NCBI GenBank assembly: GCA_016931275.1
Contig: JAFGFA010000009.1
Coordinates: 7,513-71,512, forward strand
Source of the DNA: Parachlamydiales bacterium
GTDB taxonomy: Bacteria > Chlamydiota > Chlamydiia > Chlamydiales > SM23-39
Reading direction: 5' to 3'
DNA: 64,000 bases
Position numbers and translations under genes: made by a program. The notes beneath the pieces are model-generated. The model searched no databases. It saw only the letters and a program-made list of their open reading frames with translations, and was not told the DNA's origin. Shown piece after piece: positions 29,409 to 39,337 of this stretch; the first letter of the stretch is position 1, and each line of letters starts with the position of its first letter.

Positions 29409-29997
29409 ATGAGAAACCTTATTCTAATTGCCTTTTTAATAATCGTATTTTTTCCTCTTTTGGGAGAAGAAAAGCTTCCTCCTTCTTCTTTTTTTCAAGC
29501 AAGCCAACGACAACCCTATCATTTGTCTATAGGCGCTGTCCTTTTTAACCAAGAAGGACTTGTTGCCTGCCATCATTTTAAAGAGATTCAAGGGCATAAA
29601 GACCTTTATATTTTAATGCGAGAAACCATGGAGAATAATGAAACGCCTTTGATGACATTACACCGTGGATTAAAGGAAGAATTTGGCGCTACAGCAATCC
29701 CTAGCATTTTTAGGATGTTTGTCAGGATATCTTCCTGATTCTCGTCTTTCGTTTGAAAAGACCACTCTTTACATTGCCTGTCAACTTGTCGAATGGAATC
29801 CGGAAAAGAGGGATGCGAAAGATCCCGAAGCCTGCAGTACCATAGAATGGCTTAAACCGGATATTTTAATCTCCTTAATGCAACAACAAGGAATTCGGTT
29901 TCAACATAGGATCGATGCGGATGAATCAGAGATGGTCAAGCGCGCTTTGCCTTATATACAGAAGACATTCGCTCTTTTCTCCGAGCAGAAGTTCTAA
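29409..29997 (+). pseudogene. NUDIX hydrolase with signal-like N-terminus, split by a +1 frameshift
   Basis: ORF 29409-29738 carries the Nudix box (RETMENNETPLMTLHRGLKEEFGA). ORF 29683-29997, in the +1 frame, continues the fold (LGCLSGYLPDSRLSFEKTTLYIACQLVE..). The frames switch at or near the T5 run at 29707-29711. Confidence 0.65.
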
Positions 29998-30145
29998 AAA
30001 AACCGCTGATTTCTTACCCAGAATAAAAGAGGTTTTTCCTTTTTATCATCCTGTTTTTCATGCATTTATTTTATAGACACAAACAATGCATCACAACTAT
30101 TTAAGAGTCCTTTACTCCCCTAAAAGAGGTAAGAGATATTGCCTT

Positions 30146-31591
30146 CTAATCTTCCGATTCTTCCGCTTCCCATCCTCCTCCTAAAGCTTTATATAACGAT
30201 ACGAGATTGAGCAATACGGATGTATCGGCCTCTACCAGATTTCTCTTGGAGGCAATCCATTCCTTTTCACTATTTAACAAATCAATCACATTCACTAAGC
30301 CTTTTTCATATCGTTGTTGCATCAAGGAAACAATACGATCCTGCGAGGCAACGGAACGAGACAGGTTTTCCGACGCAAGTTTATTTTCTTTATAAGAAGT
30401 CAGATACGTCTCTGCATCTTGTAGGGCTTGCAGCACCACTTTCTGATAAGTAGCGGCAGCAGCCGATGCTGCAGCTCTATTGGCTTTAAGATTACCAACT
30501 AACTTTCCTCCTTGAAAGAGCGGCATCGCAATATCTCCCCCATAAGACCACGCCTTACTGGACATTTGAAAAATATTTTTGATCTTTAAGGCCTGCAAAC
30601 CAAGATCAGCACTTAACGTAATCGTCGGGAAAAAAGAGGCAACGGCAACGCCTACATTAGCAGTAGCAGCGGCCAGATCTCTCTCGGCTTTGCGCACATC
30701 AGGCCTTCTTCGCAAAAGATCAGAGCGCACTCCCAAAGCAATCTCATAAGGAGTTGTCGGAAGCGGTTTTTGTTCCCACATTTCTTTTAAAAGATATTCG
30801 GGGACATTTCCGGTCAATACACTAAGCGCATAGATCCCTTTGTATACCTGTCCAATCTCTCCGGGAAGAGAAGAACGGGCTTGTTCTAACGAGGCAACTA
30901 CTGTCTGCATATCTATTGCATCATTGTATCCGCTGACAACACCTTTTTGAATCACCTCTGCATTTTGCTCATAAAGCATGATGTTTTTCTCTATGAGCTC
31001 TACCTGTTTTTGTGCTTTACGGATCTCAAAATAATTTCTAGCAACTTCGGCAATCACAGAAATCAGGACATCATTTTTCTGTTCTATAGCACTTTCCACC
31101 ATAGCGCTTGCAGCCTGAACTTCTCGTCTAGTTTTTCCAAAAAGATCGAGCTCCCATGAAGCATCGAAAAATCCGTTAAACAAGTTTTGCAGCAAAGGAA
31201 CCTGTGCTTGAATCCCCGAGGTATTTCCTATAGAAAATGCCGGTCCATTTTTACTATAATGGGAACGAGAGGCATTGGCATCGGCTAATAACCAGGGAAA
31301 AAGTTTCGATGCTGCCACCTGACGAACCCCTCGTGCTTGGGCAATATTCGCTTTTGCAACTAGAACATCGTTATTATTTTTCATGGCAATTTCAATATAT
31401 TGAGAAAGCAGGGGATCTCTAAAACATTCCCACCATAATACTGGAGGTGTTTGCATAGAAAACAACAGGTCTTTTTCTTCACTATTATGCCACGCATCAG
31501 AAACATCATTCTCCGGCGGCTGATAATTAGGGCCTACCATACAGCCTCCGCAGCAAAGACCCAGCAATGTACTTATCCAAAATTTTCTCAT
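30146..31591 (-). CDS. efflux outer membrane factor lipoprotein, NodT family
   Basis: Lipobox LLGLCCGGC followed by MVGPNYQPP, the hallmark NodT N-terminus. Two OEP repeats. Confidence 0.9.
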   Translation of the reverse strand: MRKFWISTLLGLCCGGCMVGPNYQPPENDVSDAWHNSEEKDLLFSMQTPPVLWWECFRDPLLSQYIEIAMKNNNDVLVAKANIAQARGVRQVAASKLFPWLLADANASRSHYSKNGPAFSIGNTSGIQAQVPLLQNLFNGFFDASWELDLFGKTRREVQAASAMVESAIEQKNDVLISVIAEVARNYFEIRKAQKQVELIEKNIMLYEQNAEVIQKGVVSGYNDAIDMQTVVASLEQARSSLPGEIGQVYKGIYALSVLTGNVPEYLLKEMWEQKPLPTTPYEIALGVRSDLLRRRPDVRKAERDLAAATANVGVAVASFFPTITLSADLGLQALKIKNIFQMSSKAWSYGGDIAMPLFQGGKLVGNLKANRAAASAAAATYQKVVLQALQDAETYLTSYKENKLASENLSRSVASQDRIVSLMQQRYEKGLVNVIDLLNSEKEWIASKRNLVEADTSVLLNLVSLYKALGGGWEAEESED

Positions 31592-31605
31592 ATACGGTCC
31601 ACCTT

Positions 31606-32718
31606 TTATTGTAATCTTCTACGAAAACACACACTTGCTCCTACGAGCGTCACCATGCAAATAATTCCCATAGGCCATAAATTATGCCACACGATCTTTG
31701 CCGACATCGCTTTAAAAAATAATCCCTTGGAGATAACCAGCATATACCGTAATGGGATCGCATAAGTGATGGGCTGAAGCCACGAAGGCATATTCTCAAT
31801 AGGGGTTGCAAATCCCGAAAGCAATACCGACGGAAGCATAAAAACAAAAATTCCTAACAGAGCTTGTTGTTGTGTCATAGAAAGAGAAGAAATAAAAAGG
31901 CCAAAACCACTAACGGAACAAGAAAAAAGCAACAAGCTTGATAAAAATAACACAAAAGACCCTGTAAAAGGGACCTGTAACAGAGAAACACCGATCCCCC
32001 ACATCACCAATCCTTCTATAACCCCGATAAGAATCCCCGGAATAATTTTCCCGATCAAAATCTCAATTGGCATCAAAGGAGAAACGAGAAGCTGATCAAA
32101 CGTTCCCAACTCTCTTTCTCTAGCAACCGATTGAGAGGTCACCACTAAACAGCTAAGCATCGTCAAAAGAGCGACTAATGATGCGATATTAAACCAATAA
32201 TAAATAATATTCGGATTAAACCAATATCTCGGCACCAACGCCATATTATTTTCTATAACACCGATTCGAGCCATATATTCTCGGCTAAACTGATTGATAA
32301 TTGTATTGGCATATCCCATCAAAATCTGGGCAGTATTGGATCTTCTCCCATCCAAAATAAGTTGAATATTCGCTTCTTTTGCGGCATCGAAATTGCGCGA
32401 AAATTCCTGTTCTATAAATACGATCATCACTCCTTTCTGATGATCCATAAAAGGAGCGACATCCTCTACTTTTTGCAAAAAAACCACATGAGTAAATATT
32501 TTTGATCCATAAAACCTTTGTACTAATTCAAAGGATTTTTCTCCCTTATCGAGGTTCAAAATACCGATAGGGACATTCTTCACGTCTAACGTCGCTGCAA
32601 ACGCAAAAATCAAAAGCTGAACCAAAGGAGGTAGAAAAATCGTAGTTCTACTCCTGGCATCTCGCAAAACCATTAGAAATTCTTTCCAAATTAGAGCTAA
32701 AATACGTTCCCAATTCAT
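31606..32718 (-). CDS. ABC-2 type transporter permease (YbhR/YhhJ-like)
   Basis: The start at MNWERILALIWKEFLMVLRD fits the family N-terminus and removes the 20-nt overlap of the ORF-track start (32742). Six TM segments. Confidence 0.85.
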   Translation of the reverse strand: MNWERILALIWKEFLMVLRDARSRTTIFLPPLVQLLIFAFAATLDVKNVPIGILNLDKGEKSFELVQRFYGSKIFTHVVFLQKVEDVAPFMDHQKGVMIVFIEQEFSRNFDAAKEANIQLILDGRRSNTAQILMGYANTIINQFSREYMARIGVIENNMALVPRYWFNPNIIYYWFNIASLVALLTMLSCLVVTSQSVARERELGTFDQLLVSPLMPIEILIGKIIPGILIGVIEGLVMWGIGVSLLQVPFTGSFVLFLSSLLLFSCSVSGFGLFISSLSMTQQQALLGIFVFMLPSVLLSGFATPIENMPSWLQPITYAIPLRYMLVISKGLFFKAMSAKIVWHNLWPMGIICMVTLVGASVCFRRRLQ

Positions 32719-32722
32719 TGCG

Positions 32723-33898
32723 CTAATCCAATCTTTTAACAATTTTCAATCGGGCAATGAGGAAAAAAACAAATCCTAATGCAATCATAGGAAGAACATT
32801 AATAAAGACTAATTTTCCAACATTTCCGACTAAAAATAATGTTTGCAAGCAAGTGACAAAATATTTTGCCGGTATGAGATAAGTGAGATATTGAATAATA
32901 AGCGGCATACTGGAAATTTCAAAAAGAAATCCTGAAAGAATATAAGAAGGCAAAAAAGCTGCAATCAAGGCTATTTGAGAGGCAAAAAACTGATCTCTAG
33001 AAAACGTTGAAATCAAAAGCCCAATTCCTAATGCACAAAACAAAAAGATTGCCGAAACCAATCCTAAAAGAACTATGGATCCTCTAAGGGGAAGTCCGTA
33101 AAAAAACACGGAAACGGCAACACAAATAACCATTGATACCATGCCTAAAACAAAATAAGGAAGGATCTTTCCTAAAATAATTTCTAAAATAGTGGTAGAA
33201 GTGGCCATCATGGATTCCATGGTCCCTCTTTCCCATTCTTTAGCGACGACAAGAGCAGTTAATAAGGTTCCGATCAGGGTCATAATAATAGCCAAAGACC
33301 CTGAAAGTAAAAAATATCGACTTTCCAATTGTTCATTATACCAGACTCTGCTGTCGATATTAATCAAAGACAAATTTTGGACATTACGCAAAAACTTCTC
33401 TTGAAGCAACCAGTTTTGAAAAGCTCCTTGCACATAATTTTGCACGAAATTAGCAGTATTCGGTTCACTCCCGTCAGCAATCACCTGAATAGGAGCTATT
33501 TTCGAGTTTCGATATCGAAAGGAAGAAAAATAAGAAGGGACCACAACAAAACCACGAATATGGCCGCTTTCTAATTTTTCCAATACTTCTCGCGTATCCC
33601 GAACAATATCGACATCAAAATAATGAGAATCCGTCAATGCTTGGCAAAAACTGCGCGCATCGGGAGCCGTATCTTCTAAGACAAGTCCTATGCGGAGATG
33701 ATCTAAATCCAAAGACACTCCGTACCCGTATAAAAATAAAAGAAGTAATGGTAAAAAGACGCTGATCAAAAGAGTGCTGGGATCACGGATAATTTGAAAA
33801 AACTCCTTAATAAGGATCGCCCGTAATCGCCGTCTTTTTCCTTTATTGATAGCTTGTTCAAGCTGATCAGAGAGGATTTTTTGCATCGTATTCCTCAA
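32723..33898 (-). CDS. ABC-2 type transporter permease (YbhS-like)
   Basis: RLRAILIKEFFQIIRDPST N-terminal motif, a large periplasmic loop, then an ABC-2 membrane domain. Confidence 0.85.
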   Translation of the reverse strand: MRNTMQKILSDQLEQAINKGKRRRLRAILIKEFFQIIRDPSTLLISVFLPLLLLFLYGYGVSLDLDHLRIGLVLEDTAPDARSFCQALTDSHYFDVDIVRDTREVLEKLESGHIRGFVVVPSYFSSFRYRNSKIAPIQVIADGSEPNTANFVQNYVQGAFQNWLLQEKFLRNVQNLSLINIDSRVWYNEQLESRYFLLSGSLAIIMTLIGTLLTALVVAKEWERGTMESMMATSTTILEIILGKILPYFVLGMVSMVICVAVSVFFYGLPLRGSIVLLGLVSAIFLFCALGIGLLISTFSRDQFFASQIALIAAFLPSYILSGFLFEISSMPLIIQYLTYLIPAKYFVTCLQTLFLVGNVGKLVFINVLPMIALGFVFFLIARLKIVKRLD

Positions 33899-35606
33899 TC
33901 AGTTTGATAAAAGCATCCTCTAACGTAGGATTGGTATTACTCTCGCTTTTCGCATCATTTTTTAATTCATCAGGAGTTCCTGTCATAATAATTTTGCTTC
34001 TATATACCAACACAATACGATCACAGTATTCCGCTTCATCCATAAAATGGGTAGTAATCATAATCGTCACGCCCTTTTCAACCAGGCCGTTAATATGTAC
34101 CCAAAATTCTCGACGAGTGATAGGATCTACTCCTGAGGTCGGTTCATCTAAAAATAATATTTCAGGATGATGCATAGTAGCACATGCCAAAGAAAGCCTT
34201 TGTTTATATCCCAATGGCAAGGAATCTGCAGCATGATGTAAATACTGATCCAGATCAAATATCTCAATCATCTGTTGGATCGCTTCTGCTTTATGTGTTC
34301 CATCGAGGTTATAGATACCGGCAAAAAAGTTAAGATTTTGTTGCACAGTCAATTGACCATATAGAGAAAATTTTTGAGCCATATAACCAATATGAGACCG
34401 GGCTTTTCCCGGAGCTATTTGAAGAGAAACCCCCTTGACATATGCTTTCCCTTCTGTAGGATACATCAGGCCGCAAAGCATTTTAAATGTCGTAGATTTT
34501 CCGGCGCCGTTTGGCCCTAATAAACCAAAAATCTCTCCTCTATGTACAGAAAAGGTGATATTACTAGCTGCTGTAAAAAATCCGAATTTTTTCGTAAGTC
34601 CTTCTGCAACGATCAGATCCTCCACTTCTTTAGAAGCCACAGGCATAATATTTGCGAGTGCAGACTCTCCTCCCGGTCCTCCACCAAGAATATCCATAAA
34701 AGCATCTTCAAACCGGGGTTTGGTAGCCTGCAATTGGAAAGAGTTTTCTTGCTGATGAATCAAGGACATATCGATAGGTTCTTTAGCTGTTTCTCTTACC
34801 ACTATACGAATGTCCTGTCCTTGAATCACTCCATCGAGAACATTCTTTTGCTTGAGCACTTGCACTAAAAGTCTACGGCGCTGCTCCTTCACCTGCGTGA
34901 TAACAAAGACTCGATCTTTCATTTTTTGGGTTAAATCGGCCGGCTTTCCCTCATACAAGAGTTTGCCCGCGTTCAATAAAAGAACGGTATCACATCGCTC
35001 TGCCTCCTCTAAATTCGCTGTACTCCAAATAATAGAAATTCCCTCCTTGGAAAGATCCTGAATCATATCCCAGAGTTCTTTTCGGGAAATGGGATCGACA
35101 CCAACACTAGGCTCATCCAAGAGCAGCAGTTCGGGTTTTTTAATAAGAACACAGGCCAGACCCAATTTTTGCTTCATACCTCCTGAAAGCCGTCCTGCTA
35201 AACGATTTTTAAAGGGTTCTAAATTGGTGAAATGGAATAACTTTTCAAATACCTTTTTTCTCTCTTCTCTGACAACACCGGATAAATCGGCATAGAGATT
35301 CAAATTCTGTATAACCGTCAGATCTTCGTAAAGGCCGAATTTTTGAGGCATATATCCGGTTAAAAAATGTACATATTCCGCCTGTTTGATCGTATCATAA
35401 CCGGCAACACTGATAGAACCTTCTGTCGGCAATAAAAGCCCGGCTATTAAACGAAGCAATGTTGTTTTCCCAGCCCCATCAGGGCCAACCAGACCCGCAA
35501 TATTCCCGGCAGGAATCATCGAATTGATCTTTTCTATCGCCATGACATGTTGATCATGAAAAAAACTTTTGGAGAGTTGAGAAATAGCAACCAGTGCATC
35601 GCTCAT
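33867..35606 (-). CDS. ABC transporter ATP-binding protein with two fused ATPase domains (YbhF-like)
   Basis: Walker A GPDGAGKTT and GPNGAGKST. Signatures LSGGMKQK and a degenerate LGYKQR. Walker B LLLLDEPS and ILFLDEPT. Confidence 0.92.
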   Translation of the reverse strand: MSDALVAISQLSKSFFHDQHVMAIEKINSMIPAGNIAGLVGPDGAGKTTLLRLIAGLLLPTEGSISVAGYDTIKQAEYVHFLTGYMPQKFGLYEDLTVIQNLNLYADLSGVVREERKKVFEKLFHFTNLEPFKNRLAGRLSGGMKQKLGLACVLIKKPELLLLDEPSVGVDPISRKELWDMIQDLSKEGISIIWSTANLEEAERCDTVLLLNAGKLLYEGKPADLTQKMKDRVFVITQVKEQRRRLLVQVLKQKNVLDGVIQGQDIRIVVRETAKEPIDMSLIHQQENSFQLQATKPRFEDAFMDILGGGPGGESALANIMPVASKEVEDLIVAEGLTKKFGFFTAASNITFSVHRGEIFGLLGPNGAGKSTTFKMLCGLMYPTEGKAYVKGVSLQIAPGKARSHIGYMAQKFSLYGQLTVQQNLNFFAGIYNLDGTHKAEAIQQMIEIFDLDQYLHHAADSLPLGYKQRLSLACATMHHPEILFLDEPTSGVDPITRREFWVHINGLVEKGVTIMITTHFMDEAEYCDRIVLVYRSKIIMTGTPDELKNDAKSESNTNPTLEDAFIKLIEEYDAKNPL

Positions 35607-36466
35607 TTTTTCCCCTGCAGATTATACTTCTTGCCATCTAGCAGCAGTTTAATCGTCACGGGCATTCCCTGTTTTAAGTAATGATCGGGGTTATCTACAT
35701 AAATACGTAACCGATAGACAAGATCTGTACGAAGTTCGGTCGTTTCCACGGTTTTAGGAGTAAATTCTGCCACAGGAGAAATAAAACCGATCTTACCATG
35801 ATATATGGGTCCTCCTTCCGTATCTGTAATAATTTCCGCTGCCATGCCATAATAAATTTTGCCCAACTGTGGTTCGCTGACAAAGGCTCTAATCCATACG
35901 GGAGAAGCTACAGATATGGTATATACAGGATCGGAAGGATTAACCACGGTTCCTGGCTCTCGTATGCGCGTTAAAATAGTCCCCTCCGTAGGAGCATAAA
36001 CTTCCGTATAACGAAGATTATCTTGAGCTACCACTAGAGCAGCCTCGGCATAAGAGAGATCAGCGGTCAACACTTCCTGATTTGTTCGGGCATCATCCAA
36101 ATCTTCTTGAGAAACGCCTCCAACTTTTATTAATTCTTCTCGTCTTTGAACCATAATTTTCGCATTTTCCAAATGAGCTTGAACAGCACGGATACGAGCC
36201 TGCGCTTCTTCCACCTGGCTCACATAGGGCGTTTTATCCAATACGGAAAGCAGCATACCTGTTGTGACAATATCACCCTCCTCAAAAAACAATTGTTCAA
36301 CCTGTCCTGCCACCCTAAAGCCGATATCCACTTCTCTCACATCGACATTTCCATATAGGACCAATTCTCTTTTGTTTTTCGAAGGATGAGATATCACATA
36401 AGTCACAATAGCGGTCGCGAAAATAATAAGGGTTAGAAAAACTCCTAAAAATAAAAATCGTTTCAT
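35603..36466 (-). CDS. HlyD-family periplasmic adaptor (YbhG-like)
   Basis: N-terminal TM, lipoyl half-motifs flanking a short coiled-coil hairpin, 4-nt overlap with the ATPase gene. Confidence 0.85.
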   Translation of the reverse strand: MKRFLFLGVFLTLIIFATAIVTYVISHPSKNKRELVLYGNVDVREVDIGFRVAGQVEQLFFEEGDIVTTGMLLSVLDKTPYVSQVEEAQARIRAVQAHLENAKIMVQRREELIKVGGVSQEDLDDARTNQEVLTADLSYAEAALVVAQDNLRYTEVYAPTEGTILTRIREPGTVVNPSDPVYTISVASPVWIRAFVSEPQLGKIYYGMAAEIITDTEGGPIYHGKIGFISPVAEFTPKTVETTELRTDLVYRLRIYVDNPDHYLKQGMPVTIKLLLDGKKYNLQGKK

Positions 36467-36895
36467 ATCATCTATTCATAAATTTACTTTTTTCATATCT
36501 CTTAATTCAAAATTTTTCAATAACTACTTTAAAAAACAATCTATTAAAACAAACATAATTACTACGAAATCTTCTGGAAATTACTGTTATTTTTAAAGAA
36601 TTTTCTATTCAGCACTAAGCATTATTTTTAACATTAATAAAAATTTTTATTGAAGATCATTTCCGTTTCCTTTATGGAAAAGAAAGAAACATATGCTCGA
36701 TTAAGGAATCAAAATGAACTTAAGCCTCTATTCATGTATAGAAAATAGCATAAGACAAGTGAGCAACTAATATGAAAGATCTTCTTGCCCCAACTTTTAT
36801 TCTTTCCACCCTTTTTCTCCTCTCTGAACAAAAGCTTTTAACTATCCTTAACATCGGGACATAAAAATTTACACCTATAAAAAAGGAGTCATTAT

Positions 36896-37156
36896 ATGTT
36901 ACATATTTCTCTAGCATTAGAGCTTTTAGCATTCGTCGCTGGCGTGGCTTTGCTCATTTATATTAAAAATCAAGCTAAAGTAAAGAGCCTATGGCTTAAT
37001 TTCGTGGCATGGTTTGTCATTATAATATCTGCTCTATGCATTATTTGTTCTGGCTATTATCTCATCACGTGTTGTTCTCGTGGAGAATGTCCTTATCGCA
37101 TGATGCAAAAAAACATGAAAGAAATGAAATACAATAAATCTCAAAAAAATTATTAA
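36896..37156 (+). CDS. small membrane protein (hypothetical)
   Basis: 86 aa, two hydrophobic segments, Cys-rich loop (CCSRGECPY). AAGGAG lies 8 nt upstream. Confidence 0.45.
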   Translation: MLHISLALELLAFVAGVALLIYIKNQAKVKSLWLNFVAWFVIIISALCIICSGYYLITCCSRGECPYRMMQKNMKEMKYNKSQKNY

Positions 37157-37179
37157 CCATCATTTTGAGGATCTTAATT

Positions 37180-37202
37180 AGGGCGAACAGAAGGTTCGCC
37201 CT
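37180..37202. terminator. GC-rich hairpin between convergent genes
   Basis: AGGGCGAAC-agaag-GTTCGCCCT, a 9-bp perfect stem. There is no clear U tract on either side. Confidence 0.45.
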
Positions 37203-37221
37203 AAAGGTTGTACCACAAAAC

Positions 37222-38910
37222 TTATGGAAGAACGACAGAAGCTGGCTGTACAGTAGTAGAAGCTTTTTCTACCATCTCTAATGCATAAGGCAAAGCCTGA
37301 TCAAAATCAGAAAAAATATAATCCTTCCGTAAGGGAAAATTAGCTTTTTGCAGAATTTCCTGAAGGGTTGGTTTAACACCGGATAAGAGCAAAACAATTC
37401 CTTCTCTTTTCGTCTTTTCATATATATCTTCCAAAGCCCTAATACCGGTAGCATCGACAATCAAAACATGACGCAGGCGCAAAATCAACACTTTAGGAAC
37501 TCTATGAATCCTTGTAAGAGCAGTCTTGAACGATTCTGTAGCGGCGAAAAATAAAGGCCCATAGACTTCAAAAACTTCAATATCTCGAGGAATTTTTTGC
37601 AAAAGAGCTGCCGTTGACTCATCTTCTTCTACCTCGGCATTGAGATATTTTGCATGGGTCATTTTAGTCATACTATTAATGAATAAAAAGGCCGCTAATA
37701 CCACCCCAGCTTGAATAGCAACAACTAAAGAAACGAAGACCGTTAATAAAAAAGTGATAAGAAGAACTATAATATCATATTTAGGACTGCGAAAAATTTT
37801 TGCAAAATGCCTCCATTCGCTCATATTATAAGCAATAACAACTAATATACCGGATAAAGAAGCCATAGGAATATATGAAAACCAAGTACTACAAAAAACA
37901 ATAATCATAATCAAAGTGATTCCATGAATAATCGCTGCTATGGGTGTTTGTCCTCCGTTCTTGATATTCGTTGCTGTTCGAGCTATAGCTCCTGTTGCTG
38001 GAATTCCCTGGAAACAGACAGACACAAGATTTCCCACTCCTAAAGCGATTAATTCCTGATCGGAACAATGTTTCTTTCCTGTCATTCCATCGGCAACTAC
38101 AGCGGAAAGGAGCGACTCTATACCAGCAAGCACTGCTATGGAAAAAGAACACGAAAGAAGCTCCAAAAATCCACCTGGAAAAGAAAATGAAGGAAAGGAA
38201 AACGAAGGAAAAGAAGATTGGAGAACTCCAAATTTTTTCCCGATTGTGTCCACAGGAAAATGAAAAAAATAGGCTATCAGAGTTGTTACAATAATGGCTA
38301 TTAAAGACCCTGGAATTTTTGTCGTCACACGAGGCCAAAAAACTACGATTCCTATCGAAAGAATCGCAAGGAAAAAAGCAAAAAAATTAAATGTATGAAT
38401 ATGGGAAATATACGCATGTATGGTATGAATGACTTCGGAAGTACTCGCCTCCATACGCAACCCAAAAAAATCTTTCAGCTGACCAATAAAGATCACCGTT
38501 GCTAAGCCGCTAGTAAATCCTATTGTAACGGGATAAGGGATAAATTTAATAAATGTCCCAAAGCGACACAACCCCATCACAATTAAAAAAACCCCAGCAA
38601 TAAGAGTTATAAGCACCAAATTCGCATATCCATACTTCTGAACAATACTATAGATTAAAATAACAAAAGCTCCTGTAGGCCCTGAAATCTGATATCGAGA
38701 ACCTCCTAGAATAGCAATAACAATTCCCCCTATGATTGCCGTATACAAACCTTGTTCAGGACGCACTCCTGAAGCAATGGCAAATGCAATAGACATGGGC
38801 AATGCCAAAATCCCCAAAATAATGCCGGCATATAAATCTTTCGTAAAATGAGAAAATCGATATCCCTCTTGAAATACCGTTAATATACTAGGATGAAAAA
38901 AGCGCTTCAT
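37222..38910 (-). CDS. SulP family anion permease with C-terminal STAS domain
   Basis: 562 aa. SulP membrane core plus a STAS-like tail (VLILRLRHVLIVDATGIRALEDI). Confidence 0.9.
   Translation of the reverse strand: MKRFFHPSILTVFQEGYRFSHFTKDLYAGIILGILALPMSIAFAIASGVRPEQGLYTAIIGGIVIAILGGSRYQISGPTGAFVILIYSIVQKYGYANLVLITLIAGVFLIVMGLCRFGTFIKFIPYPVTIGFTSGLATVIFIGQLKDFFGLRMEASTSEVIHTIHAYISHIHTFNFFAFFLAILSIGIVVFWPRVTTKIPGSLIAIIVTTLIAYFFHFPVDTIGKKFGVLQSSFPSFSFPSFSFPGGFLELLSCSFSIAVLAGIESLLSAVVADGMTGKKHCSDQELIALGVGNLVSVCFQGIPATGAIARTATNIKNGGQTPIAAIIHGITLIMIIVFCSTWFSYIPMASLSGILVVIAYNMSEWRHFAKIFRSPKYDIIVLLITFLLTVFVSLVVAIQAGVVLAAFLFINSMTKMTHAKYLNAEVEEDESTAALLQKIPRDIEVFEVYGPLFFAATESFKTALTRIHRVPKVLILRLRHVLIVDATGIRALEDIYEKTKREGIVLLLSGVKPTLQEILQKANFPLRKDYIFSDFDQALPYALEMVEKASTTVQPASVVLP
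38177..38221. repeat. 15-bp tandem repeat, about 3 units, in frame inside the SulP gene
   Basis: GGAAAAGAAAATGAA / GGAAAGGAAAACGAA / GGAAAAGAAGATTGG. It encodes SFPSF-SFPSF-SFPGG on the minus strand. Confidence 0.8.
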
Positions 38911-39167
38911 ACAAAACCTTGTGATATGGCTAATAAAGATGAAAAATAAAAGAAAAAACCTTCTTTTTAAGACAATTTAATTTTCGCACTTCAATAAGTT
39001 TTATGTCAACAAGCTAATAAGCTTCATATTTTAAAATGTTTTCTATTATTAACATTGGCATTAAATACAGAGTTTTTATCCCAGATCCACATCAAATTAT
39101 TAAAAGCTATTCTCAAAAATCCCTTGTAGAAAAATCTACAAAACAATAGATTAATAACATAATTTTT

Positions 39168-39240
39168 GGGCGTATAGCTCAGTTGGTAGAGCGCCTGTCT
39201 TACACACAGGTGGTCATAGGTTCGAGTCCTGTTGCGCCCA
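39168..39240 (+). tRNA. tRNA-Val (anticodon UAC)
   Basis: Cloverleaf folded by hand: acceptor GGGCGTA/TGCGCCC, anticodon arm CCTGT-CTTACAC-ACAGG, T loop TTCGAGT. CCA is not encoded. Confidence 0.92.
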
Positions 39241-39252
39241 ACGAATTATTTT

Positions 39253-39326
39253 GCGGGAGTAGTTCAATTGGTTAGAGCACCGGCCTGTCACGCCGGAAGT
39301 TGCGGGTTCGAGCCCCGTCTCCCGCG
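39253..39326 (+). tRNA. tRNA-Asp (anticodon GUC)
   Basis: Acceptor GCGGGAG/CTCCCGC, anticodon arm CCGGC-CTGTCAC-GCCGG, T arm GCGGG-TTCGAGC-CCCGT. Confidence 0.92.
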
Positions 39327-39337
39327 TTTAAACGCCT

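Noticed and set aside
24317-30145. Search for an integrase, transposase or excisionase that could explain the ssrA repeats.
   Set aside because: No ORF or fragment with tyrosine-recombinase (R..H..R..Y) or DDE features was seen on either strand, so only a remnant call is justified.
37889-38338. 149-aa ORF nested out of frame on the same strand within the SulP gene. Similar nested ORFs occur at 4652-5044, 21095-21499, 23435-23869, 34435-34868 and 54639-54947.
   Set aside because: All lie inside, or substantially overlap, long genes with clear family motifs. They have low-complexity or biased composition and no motifs or ribosome-binding sites. These are typical shadow ORFs of AT-rich DNA.
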